Position numbers and translations under genes: made by a program. From sequence record OQ383623.1: a stretch of DNA of 64,000 nt; one strand, written 5' to 3'. This document shows, in pieces, positions 55,760 through 64,000 of this stretch (the first letter of the stretch is position 1; each line of letters begins with the position of its first letter). Under the pieces are notes generated by a model. The model was not told the DNA's origin and did not search any database. It worked only from the letters and a program-made list of their open reading frames with translations.

Positions 55760-56659
55760 TTAAGGCAGAACGAGTTCAAGTACCGCAATAGAGCGTATTG
55801 TAGTGGTACCGTAGTTACTCCACGACGGCGACTCAGGGTAAGGTGGACGGTTGTACCACTGACTGGACGTGTTATTCATAGCCGCAAAGAATGCAGATTG
55901 TTGGGCAGTAACCGAATCGATTGAACCGACCGGAAGGTCGTCAAAGCGCGGAAACTGCCCACTGTAGTTGTACAGGCGCGCGAAGGTGTTAAACCACTCA
56001 CCGTCGAGATACAACTCAGTGTTACCGCTTCCAACGTAAGACGTCCAGTATTTGTAGTCGAACAAATACGGCAAGCGCACCACGTATTCGTAACCGTTTT
56101 TCGTCACCGTGCGGCGTTGGTTACGTGCAGTAGCCCAGCCCGGTACATATCCGTTGCCATCCTGGCCGTACATCAGCCCCTGGTTATAAATGAACTGCGG
56201 GCTAGCGTATATTATCGAGTTATCGGACATAAACAGAATACGGTTTTTGTAAATGAACTTATGCCAGGCACCAACGGCGGAACTGAACATATTCACCACG
56301 AGGCTGTTCAGTTCCACGTTAGTGAATAACTCTGCTGGCGTTACTGTTCCAAAGTATCCAGCGTGCCAGTCGCCGTATAACAGCTTCTGGGGGCCAGGCC
56401 CGGTGTCTAAAAAGAACCCTTGGGCGGTAGGGGTGTTGAAGACACGCTCACCGTCTTTAACCGCAGCTATCCAATAACGGTAAGTGGTGTTGTTTTCCAC
56501 AGCGTTGTCTTCGTACGATGTAGCGTCACCCGGAAGGGTTGCCAGAGGCGTTCCCGGTGCATTAACATCAATGGTGGCGTTGCCCGGCGTCTTGCGATAG
56601 ATTTCAATGTTATCGAGCGCCTGTGGCTTCCGTTGTGCAAAGTTTAATGTAATAGGCAT
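55760..56659 (-). CDS. virion structural paralog, type A (copy 2)
   Basis: As type A; RBS GAGGA before ATG 56659. Confidence 0.75.
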   Translation of the reverse strand: MPITLNFAQRKPQALDNIEIYRKTPGNATIDVNAPGTPLATLPGDATSYEDNAVENNTTYRYWIAAVKDGERVFNTPTAQGFFLDTGPGPQKLLYGDWHAGYFGTVTPAELFTNVELNSLVVNMFSSAVGAWHKFIYKNRILFMSDNSIIYASPQFIYNQGLMYGQDGNGYVPGWATARNQRRTVTKNGYEYVVRLPYLFDYKYWTSYVGSGNTELYLDGEWFNTFARLYNYSGQFPRFDDLPVGSIDSVTAQQSAFFAAMNNTSSQWYNRPPYPESPSWSNYGTTTIRSIAVLELVLP

Positions 56660-56661
56660 GA

Positions 56662-57648
56662 TTAATCCTCGATAAGCTCGATTACTGGAATCCAAATACC
56701 GCCGGTCGCACCAGGGACATGTTGTATACGCTGGAGGTTATCCACGGTATCAGTGGAATCCGCCGCCGCCCATCCGCGCGTCAGCCCCAACTTACGGTCT
56801 GGGTCAAACTCCTGACAATGCACCCCACGGCCTGCCACCAGCGATCCATTTCCGAATATGCTGGAGTTCGACCACTTTATCAGGGACATCACTTTTTTCT
56901 TTTCTGGGAACCAGCTACTTATCCCATAGATGAGTCGGTTGTATTCGCTATCGGCAGTATACGGTGACGCGTCATGGAGTTTACCGTCCCACTGTGCATC
57001 GAGTGTCATGACCGGGCTTTCACTGTCGAGTGTTAATCCGCGCAGCAGGCGCATCCGATAGCGGTCACCCAACCACGTAAACTCCCCAGCCTGGTCAACG
57101 TCAGGTAAATCACCATGACCGCCTTCCGGACCAGGTCCCGCCACACCGTACAGCAAACCCGCGTTATAAATCGCATCACGGCTATACAGCGTGTTGCCGT
57201 TCACACGAAGACCACTAAACAGATACAGAATTTTACCGTCTAGCTGGAACTTCATCAAGCCCGGCTTAACAGTTGGGTCGTATCCAGAAAGGGCCACAAA
57301 CCCTGGCGGATAATCACCCGCGCTAGGTAATTCACCGTACGCCACGTACCCGTAATACGCAAAGCGGTCATCACCGTACTGTGGAGCCACGATGCCGATA
57401 CCGCGACGGTTCTGAATCAGAATTGATTTCTGCGGACTGAACAGTGTCCGACTTCCCACTGTCACGGTGGTCATGTAGTAATACGTTGTCCCCAGTATCG
57501 CTGTTCGGTCAGTATACTCAGTTTCCCCGTTAGTGAACGTTGCCAGGGGTTCAGGTAATGCCGTACGCACCAGAGGTTTGGTGTCGCGGTACAGCTTCAC
57601 GGTCGAAGCCCCAGGGTTATTGTTCGTCCAACGAATTGTAAAAGCCAT
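56662..57648 (-). CDS. virion structural paralog, type B (copy 2)
   Basis: As type B. Confidence 0.75.
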   Translation of the reverse strand: MAFTIRWTNNNPGASTVKLYRDTKPLVRTALPEPLATFTNGETEYTDRTAILGTTYYYMTTVTVGSRTLFSPQKSILIQNRRGIGIVAPQYGDDRFAYYGYVAYGELPSAGDYPPGFVALSGYDPTVKPGLMKFQLDGKILYLFSGLRVNGNTLYSRDAIYNAGLLYGVAGPGPEGGHGDLPDVDQAGEFTWLGDRYRMRLLRGLTLDSESPVMTLDAQWDGKLHDASPYTADSEYNRLIYGISSWFPEKKKVMSLIKWSNSSIFGNGSLVAGRGVHCQEFDPDRKLGLTRGWAAADSTDTVDNLQRIQHVPGATGGIWIPVIELIED

Positions 57649-57660
57649 TGTCGTTACCTC

Positions 57661-59157
57661 TTATTGGAATCCATCCAACTCACCGTTAGTATCGCCCAGA
57701 GTAATTTTTGAAGGTTGGGCGATTTGGTCAGTCGTGAGAATAATCGGTCTAATCTTAACGCTAGCCATGCCTGTTACCGCGACGGAATATGCACGTTCAT
57801 CATTGTCCGTCGTGGCAAGCAGAGGACGTGGTGAGTCTGATGACGTTTCCCGCACCCAGGCAGGGGTGGCAGTTTCGGTGTTGTCGGTGTTGAAAACTAA
57901 CGGACGTGGGTTCGCTGCAGCAGAGGTTTCCGTAATAGGCACCACACGAAGCGATTCATTTTGGTCGATGTCCGTCAGAGTAACCACGGACGGTGCCCAT
58001 GTTAATTCTGCACCTTCGTCAATCAACGGCACAGGTTCATTGGCAACATCAAACATCTCCAAGATTGGCCAAAAGCCAGAAGAGGTGTAGATGTAGGTGT
58101 TTGAACGATAGCTCGCACTGATAGACTGGTAATACGCTTGGTCGGCACCGAACTGATGTCGTAACCACACGTAATCCAGGAAGTTAGCATCAGTCGTGCT
58201 AAGAGTTCCCCATTCCCCATATACGTTCACCGACCCCAATTTGCTGGTCAGTGACAGGATAGAGGTGATTGACGGCGGTTTACTCCAATCAGGCGCGGCG
58301 GCGTTCTCGGTGTAATACGGGATAGACATTCTGAAATAATGCGTTCCTTCATCATCCCGTTTTACCATGTATTTCAACTGTTCAACATCGACAGGTGTGT
58401 AAGTCGACTTCGGGCGAGGTCCTGCGTCTCCGGAATCAAATATTGCACCCTTGTTGTACAGGTCTGCCCAGGTAACGTTGCAAATCGCACGGGTCGGAAC
58501 AAACACTACCGCCCCATTCAGAAAGAATTTGAGCCACTTGATAGCGTAGCGGTTAGGCCAGTTGGTGCCGTTATAGAGGGCATACACCATTTCATCAGAT
58601 GTGAATAACTCTTCCGCGCTTACCAGCCCAAAGAATCCGTATAACTCATTACCGGCCATTAATCCTTTTGGCCCAGGACCCGACTTCGGATACATCGCAA
58701 TCGGTTCGTAAACATAGGTCATCTTGCATGACCCGGTATAACACAAGGAGTTAGCGTGCGCCGTCAGAGTTACAGTTTCCGGCGTAGCGTATTTCATTAA
58801 TGCAACGTTTGGACTGGTGATGTCACTCGCGGTTAAGTTCAACCCGTTCAATTCATTGAACGCCGGTAACGCTTCCGCATGGGTTTGTGCGCTACGTGGA
58901 ATACTCACCATATTCGGGCCAGACTTAAATAGACTGGCCAGATTCAACCGGTCGTAATATACCGTTATTTCCCCAGCAAATCCTTTACCGGGTTTTCCTA
59001 CCAACGTAATCTGAGTGTTTCGTCCGTTAACGTTTTTCGCAACAGGAACACCCCTGACCCCAATGGAGTCAGGGGTGATTTTTCCTGCTAAACTGGGATT
59101 GTCACGCACAATTTGTTGGCAGAGCAGTTCCATTGAAGGTTCTGTATACAACCCCAT
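57661..59157 (-). CDS. virion structural paralog, type C (copy 2)
   Basis: As type C; ends NGELDGFQ. Confidence 0.75.
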   Translation of the reverse strand: MGLYTEPSMELLCQQIVRDNPSLAGKITPDSIGVRGVPVAKNVNGRNTQITLVGKPGKGFAGEITVYYDRLNLASLFKSGPNMVSIPRSAQTHAEALPAFNELNGLNLTASDITSPNVALMKYATPETVTLTAHANSLCYTGSCKMTYVYEPIAMYPKSGPGPKGLMAGNELYGFFGLVSAEELFTSDEMVYALYNGTNWPNRYAIKWLKFFLNGAVVFVPTRAICNVTWADLYNKGAIFDSGDAGPRPKSTYTPVDVEQLKYMVKRDDEGTHYFRMSIPYYTENAAAPDWSKPPSITSILSLTSKLGSVNVYGEWGTLSTTDANFLDYVWLRHQFGADQAYYQSISASYRSNTYIYTSSGFWPILEMFDVANEPVPLIDEGAELTWAPSVVTLTDIDQNESLRVVPITETSAAANPRPLVFNTDNTETATPAWVRETSSDSPRPLLATTDNDERAYSVAVTGMASVKIRPIILTTDQIAQPSKITLGDTNGELDGFQ

Positions 59158-59170
59158 GGTATTTACTCCA

Positions 59171-60094
59171 TTACGGTAAGACTAATTCAAAAGCAAAGAA
59201 TATCGTGGCCGAGTTCCCGACACCTGCGGTGTTACTAATCCCCATAGGCACGGTGCCATACGCATAAGCGAATATGTTGTTGCTCCACAAAGGAGCTAAT
59301 ACAGCGGCACCTGACTCATTCGGCTGCGCAGTCGCGCCTTGTCTTTCAAGTGAGTCAATCGCACCAAGACCGAGGGCTGCGTACTGTGCACCGACAGGAT
59401 ACAAACGGCCCATTGTGTTTCGCCATTCACCGTTGTTGTAATCCTGTCCTGAGAGTGCCGCGTCGTACGGGACTGCGTAAGGTAATCGGATACGGTACGT
59501 ACGACCATCCTTCGTGACCTTACAATCTTGTTTAGTCGCCGTGGCTCCCTGCGGAACAATACTTCCGACATCATCGGTCCCGTACATCATGCCGTACTGA
59601 TACGCCATTTGTACCGAGTTGCTTTTCGAATGCATCGTCGCTGGGAAGAAGACAATTCGCCCACGGAAAATAAACTTGTGCCATTCCTGAGGGTCGTAAG
59701 TAAACATGTTTCCCTGCTGCGCGGTTAACATGAGTTTTAACTCGGCAGTATTAAAGAACTCGGTATTAGATACCGTACCGAAATAGCCTGACGCCCAATC
59801 GCCACGCAAAATAGTTTGTGGCCCCGGTCCAGTGTCCGGATAGAACCCTTGCGTAATCGGATTGCCGATAAGTCGTTCATTATCTTTCACAGCAGCTACC
59901 CAGTAACGATAAGTTGTATTCTTCGTCAGGGTATCGATATTATCTACGAACTCTACCGCGCTACCGGATAAGGTGGCGTGGGGTGTGCCTGGGTTGTAAA
60001 CGTCGATTGTTGCGTTCCATCCTTCCTTGCGGTAGATTTCAATCGCGGTAAGACCTTTGCTGGCTTGGGACGGCCAGCTTAACCGTATAGTCAT
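59171..60094 (-). CDS. virion structural paralog, type A (copy 3)
   Basis: As type A. Confidence 0.75.
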   Translation of the reverse strand: MTIRLSWPSQASKGLTAIEIYRKEGWNATIDVYNPGTPHATLSGSAVEFVDNIDTLTKNTTYRYWVAAVKDNERLIGNPITQGFYPDTGPGPQTILRGDWASGYFGTVSNTEFFNTAELKLMLTAQQGNMFTYDPQEWHKFIFRGRIVFFPATMHSKSNSVQMAYQYGMMYGTDDVGSIVPQGATATKQDCKVTKDGRTYRIRLPYAVPYDAALSGQDYNNGEWRNTMGRLYPVGAQYAALGLGAIDSLERQGATAQPNESGAAVLAPLWSNNIFAYAYGTVPMGISNTAGVGNSATIFFAFELVLP

Positions 60095-60103
60095 GACTGC
60101 CCC

Positions 60104-61102
60104 TTACTCGACCAGTTCAAAGATAGGGTAGTAGCGCCCTTTCGTGGTGGGTGATAAATAGTTTATACGCTGAATCGTGGATACGGGTGTTCCACCGGCA
60201 TTGTTAAAAATACCACGATGGAGCACACGGTCTTCCGCGGTGTCGTGTTCCATACAGAGAACACCACCGCCGAAATACTGTGCCAAGGTTCCCAAAGTAC
60301 CCTGTCCCAGATAAGTATAACCGATTGTTGCCCAGTTAGCCCAACGTTGTTTCTTCGGCACCTCGTTAACCATCGTGTAAAGTAAATCGTTATACTCGCA
60401 CGGGTTGGTTAGAGAAGCGATTTCATCGTGGGTTTTCCCATTGTAGTCAGCCACGAAAGGATACGCAGGAGACTCGCTAGACGTCGTCAGGCCGCGAGGA
60501 AGACGCATAATGTACGTATCCCCTTTGTGGACTATCTTAGCGTCTTGTGGAGTGGCTGGTAGCGTTCCATGGCCGTTCTCTGGGCCAGCATCGCCTGTAC
60601 CGTAGACTAAACCAGCTTGATAGAGGGAAGCCCAGTCCACAGGCGTATTCGGGAACTGCGACGTGCTAGATAGCATGTAATAGATCTTCCCGTTTCGGGT
60701 AAATTTATACAACGCCACACGATCGGTTAGTAGGTTAGGGAACATCGCCAAAAATGCAGGTGGCATTTGCGACGGAAGCCACTGTTCGTCGTAAGGAACC
60801 GCACCCATAAACCCTAAACGGTCGTCACCGTTTAGAATAGTCATTGGACCGATTCCCCGCTTCAGTTCAATGGTATATTTCTGGCTAGACGATGCCACTG
60901 TTTTACCGTTGGCGGTTACCGTCAGAAGGTAATAATAGGTTGCGCCTGGTGTGGCGGTGGTATCACGCCATTCTGTCTCGCCGTTTGAGAGCGTTGCAAT
61001 CGGTTCAGGCAAAGCGCTTGGTGTGATATCTTTAACATCACGGTAGATTTTTACTACCGTAGAGATTACGTTTGGATTTTTCCAACGCAAAGTAAAAGAC
61101 AT
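60104..61102 (-). CDS. virion structural paralog, type B (copy 3)
   Basis: As type B. Confidence 0.75.
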   Translation of the reverse strand: MSFTLRWKNPNVISTVVKIYRDVKDITPSALPEPIATLSNGETEWRDTTATPGATYYYLLTVTANGKTVASSSQKYTIELKRGIGPMTILNGDDRLGFMGAVPYDEQWLPSQMPPAFLAMFPNLLTDRVALYKFTRNGKIYYMLSSTSQFPNTPVDWASLYQAGLVYGTGDAGPENGHGTLPATPQDAKIVHKGDTYIMRLPRGLTTSSESPAYPFVADYNGKTHDEIASLTNPCEYNDLLYTMVNEVPKKQRWANWATIGYTYLGQGTLGTLAQYFGGGVLCMEHDTAEDRVLHRGIFNNAGGTPVSTIQRINYLSPTTKGRYYPIFELVE

Positions 61103-61113
61103 GGATGATACCT

Positions 61114-62526
61114 CTACTTAAAGCCGTCCAGTTCACCGTTAAGAGACGTTAACGATGTCTTGTCGGGGGGCGTATACATTTCAGCGGCGGCTGCAATAGG
61201 TTGGAAGTCGACTGTCTTCGGCAGCATTAAAGCAGGCGGATGCAGTGCGAAACTGTTTTCTGAAGTAACAACTACCGGTTCGAAATCGGTAGTATCCGGA
61301 TTACCGAGCACTAACGGCTTGAGGCTAAATGTGTTTTCTGCGGACACACTGCACGGTTGGAGACTGTAATCTACCGAACCATGGATATCTTCTAAACCCA
61401 AGGTAACTGTGGACTTATCCACCAACTCTAGCACCGGGAACCAGTAGTAGTTGCCTGCGCTCGATGATTTTTCTAAGTTTGTCCAACTGGCTCCAGACAA
61501 CGTCGCCATGCGATGATTGGCGACGTTGGTCTTCAGTGTATCTTTCAATAAACAGAACAGCGACCAGTAACTGTTAATCGGTTTGTCCCACGTTCCATTA
61601 TACAGAAAGTTGAACATCTCAAACTCACTACCTGCTAACTCAGCGGCAGTTGGGGTGCCGCTGACGTATGGGTCTTTCCCGGCACTAGGTAGACGAACAC
61701 GGAAGTAAAACCTTTTGTTGTCTGCGCCTGTAAAGCTAATGATGCGTCCCTGGTTAACGGGCGTCGTCGCAGGGTATTTACCATTATCGTCTGTTCCGTA
61801 AACGAGTCCGTTTGTATATAACGTATTCCAGGAGATGGAGCTAGCGACAGGACTAATCGGGAAGTAAATAACCCTACCCTGGTAAAAGAACTTGTACCAA
61901 CCTTCGGCACCAGAATGTACCGGTGGTAACGCACCGGCCGATATAGTGGCATTAAGAAGTTGAGAGTGTGTAAACAACTCTGCAGTTGTGGTTGTTCCGA
62001 AATAACCCGCGATAGTGTTACCTTGCAGCAACGTTTTAGGGCCAGGTCCAGAATCGGGGTAAATTGCACCGCTCGGGACGGTATAACGTATCGTTAAGCT
62101 GCCTGTAAACGCAGGGCAATTACCTGAGATATTTAATTTCAACGTCTGCGGCGAAGCGCTCGGTTTAGGTAAACTTGCGTCAGGCGACTGCAAATCAGAA
62201 GCAACTAATGTAAGCCCCAATGCGTCGTTTATTGCAGGTAGCGCGTCTCGTACCGTTAAGACTGTATCTTTGATAGCCACAGTCGGCACAAAATTAAATA
62301 AAGTGGCCAGGTTAATCCGGTCGTAGTACACGGTAACATTACCTTGTACACCTGTCCCTGGATACCCGGTGAAAACAGCTTTGGTGTTACGCTGGTTTAA
62401 CGTAACTGAAGTTGGGCCGCTGGTTAAAGCAGCGATAGCCGGCGTCAGCTTAACAACTAAATCAGGATTATCCCGATTGACTTGGTCGTATACAAGCAGT
62501 GCCGACTCCTTCGAGTAAAATAGCAT
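61114..62526 (-). CDS. virion structural paralog, type C (copy 3)
   Basis: As type C; ends NGELDGFK. Confidence 0.75.
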   Translation of the reverse strand: MLFYSKESALLVYDQVNRDNPDLVVKLTPAIAALTSGPTSVTLNQRNTKAVFTGYPGTGVQGNVTVYYDRINLATLFNFVPTVAIKDTVLTVRDALPAINDALGLTLVASDLQSPDASLPKPSASPQTLKLNISGNCPAFTGSLTIRYTVPSGAIYPDSGPGPKTLLQGNTIAGYFGTTTTAELFTHSQLLNATISAGALPPVHSGAEGWYKFFYQGRVIYFPISPVASSISWNTLYTNGLVYGTDDNGKYPATTPVNQGRIISFTGADNKRFYFRVRLPSAGKDPYVSGTPTAAELAGSEFEMFNFLYNGTWDKPINSYWSLFCLLKDTLKTNVANHRMATLSGASWTNLEKSSSAGNYYWFPVLELVDKSTVTLGLEDIHGSVDYSLQPCSVSAENTFSLKPLVLGNPDTTDFEPVVVTSENSFALHPPALMLPKTVDFQPIAAAAEMYTPPDKTSLTSLNGELDGFK

Positions 62527-62543
62527 AGGGACTCCGCATCGCC

Positions 62544-62568
62544 AAAAGATGGGGCTCCGAAGAGCCCC
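62544..62568 (-). terminator. intrinsic terminator-like hairpin
   Basis: GGGGCTC-UUCG-GAGCCCC then ATCTTTT on the minus strand. Confidence 0.6.
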
Positions 62569-62573
62569 TACAC

Positions 62574-63401
62574 TTAGCTGTTATAGTGGTAGTACGCCAC
62601 GCCTTTCACGCCTTCCTCATCGATGCCCGTTTGGATAACCACGCGGTCGTACGATTTGTTAGCGAACTGAGCGGTGGAAGTCGGCACATCCTGAACGGTG
62701 TTACTGTTCAGTGGCCCCGCGTAGTTCGGAATACCCAGGTCATCCAACACCTTACGCAAACCAGCCCACTGCGGTAGGCCAGAAGCATCTACTGTCAGTA
62801 GGTTTTTATACGCGGTAAAGTCAATACCGTACGTCAACAAATCAATACACTTCTTACCGAGAGACGGTGAAATAGGCTCTTGAATCGCATTCAAGACATC
62901 TGATTTCACCGAAGTGTCTAGTACCGGTAAACCACGGTTATAACGCAACGTCGCAGAACCGATATAAGCCGGAGATGTCGATAGCGCTGCAATGGTCTGT
63001 GTATTGGTGTAATTTGGGGTATTGGCACCAAACAGTGAGTAGTTTTGGATATCGATTGCGGAGAAGTTTACTCCGTAAGTATCCAAGAGCACCGAAAAGG
63101 CTGAGTGGAGGTTGGGCGCGTCAAACGTGACGAACTGCGCCTGGACAGAAGGACCCCACGGCAATAACCGCGCTAAGTTCACACGGTCGTAGTAAACGGT
63201 GATTGCGTCTCGAAATCCGGAACCCTGAATACCGCGCAAGCGTGCCGACGTATTGCGGTTGTTGGAAGCTGCATTAACGGGAACCTGCGTCACTTTCTCC
63301 ACGTAGCAGTTTGCCGGCGACGCTTTAATAGGTAGGTTTGGGTTATCCCGGTTAATGAGGTCAAAGACCAACTCGTTTGACGGCTTAGCATAGTTGATCA
63401 T
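62574..63401 (-). CDS. virion structural paralog (RDNP N-domain family)
   Basis: MINYAKP...INRDNP...NRNT...GIQGSGF...YYDRVNL. Confidence 0.75.
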   Translation of the reverse strand: MINYAKPSNELVFDLINRDNPNLPIKASPANCYVEKVTQVPVNAASNNRNTSARLRGIQGSGFRDAITVYYDRVNLARLLPWGPSVQAQFVTFDAPNLHSAFSVLLDTYGVNFSAIDIQNYSLFGANTPNYTNTQTIAALSTSPAYIGSATLRYNRGLPVLDTSVKSDVLNAIQEPISPSLGKKCIDLLTYGIDFTAYKNLLTVDASGLPQWAGLRKVLDDLGIPNYAGPLNSNTVQDVPTSTAQFANKSYDRVVIQTGIDEEGVKGVAYYHYNS

Positions 63402-63404
63402 CAA

Positions 63405-64000
63405 TTATACCTCGCTTGGATCGTCCAGATCGTTGAACTGGAGATACAACGTTCCGACGATGGTGGTACAGGTAACAGGCAGTTTCAACACCAGCGCATA
63501 CTTGTACTTCGCGTTTGTCGGCATTGCAACAGGGTCATTCAGACCAACGCTGATAACCTCCGCGCCCGCCAAACCGTAGGAAGCGGAGGTGGTCGCTACC
63601 CATGCAGTACCCGTGATATCTTTCAGCAGGTTAACCATATCCGTTAACGGCTGTCCGGACAGAATACCCGGCACGTATGCCAGCAACTCATCACGGTATT
63701 TGGTGAAGTTGTACGGGTAGGAATAAACCTCTGCAATGACCGCAGTAACGGTTTCGGAACCCATCTGACCGTTCGGGTATTTCAGACCGGCCAGGACGTT
63801 AGTGGTGACCGCAGAGACTAACGACTCATCGCCTTTCACGACTTTAAATGTCGCCTGTCCAACCCAACCGATAGACTCAGGATGTGCAACAACACGCACA
63901 GTTCCTTCGGTCTTATCACCGTTCCATTCGATATCTGCGTCCTGCAGGTCAGCTTCTTCCAGAACAAAACCGTAACGTTGGTTCAGTCCAGGAATGGCCG
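63405..64000 (-). CDS. virion structural paralog, 5'-truncated by the window edge
   Basis: The frame stays open to the window end (AIPGLNQRYGFVLEEADLQD...AHPESIGWVG), so the true start lies outside the window. Confidence 0.7.
   Translation of the reverse strand, partial: AIPGLNQRYGFVLEEADLQDADIEWNGDKTEGTVRVVAHPESIGWVGQATFKVVKGDESLVSAVTTNVLAGLKYPNGQMGSETVTAVIAEVYSYPYNFTKYRDELLAYVPGILSGQPLTDMVNLLKDITGTAWVATTSASYGLAGAEVISVGLNDPVAMPTNAKYKYALVLKLPVTCTTIVGTLYLQFNDLDDPSEV

Overview
Segment of a phiKZ-related (Chimalliviridae-type) jumbo myophage genome, probably enterobacteria-infecting. This is an inference from the long RNase H, stand-alone SbcC ATPase, paralogous virion-protein families and a DUF1471 gene; no database search was run. 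Layout: 1-6 kb RNase H, DEDDh exonuclease, spanin-like pair and virion proteins; 6-22.5 kb minus-strand accessory genes (SLT transglycosylase, DarG-like macrodomain, GNAT, SbcC, an array of secreted proteins, an ART-like protein, many micro-ORFs); 22.6-39.8 kb baseplate spike and four giant paralogous fibre-like genes; 39.8-45.2 kb a RiPP-like operon of three Cys-rich (Cxxx)n precursor-like peptides, two radical SAM enzymes, two unknown proteins and a DUF4376-type tail-assembly protein; 46.5-48.6 kb peptidoglycan hydrolases (M15, GH108); 48.7-64 kb a minus-strand array of paralogous virion proteins with a (C-B-A)x3 tandem repeat, a deletion scar and a gp38-like adhesin. No tRNA, rRNA, CRISPR array or transposase was recognised. 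The best candidate for a novel system is the phage-encoded Cxxx-repeat peptide/radical SAM operon embedded among tail-fibre genes.
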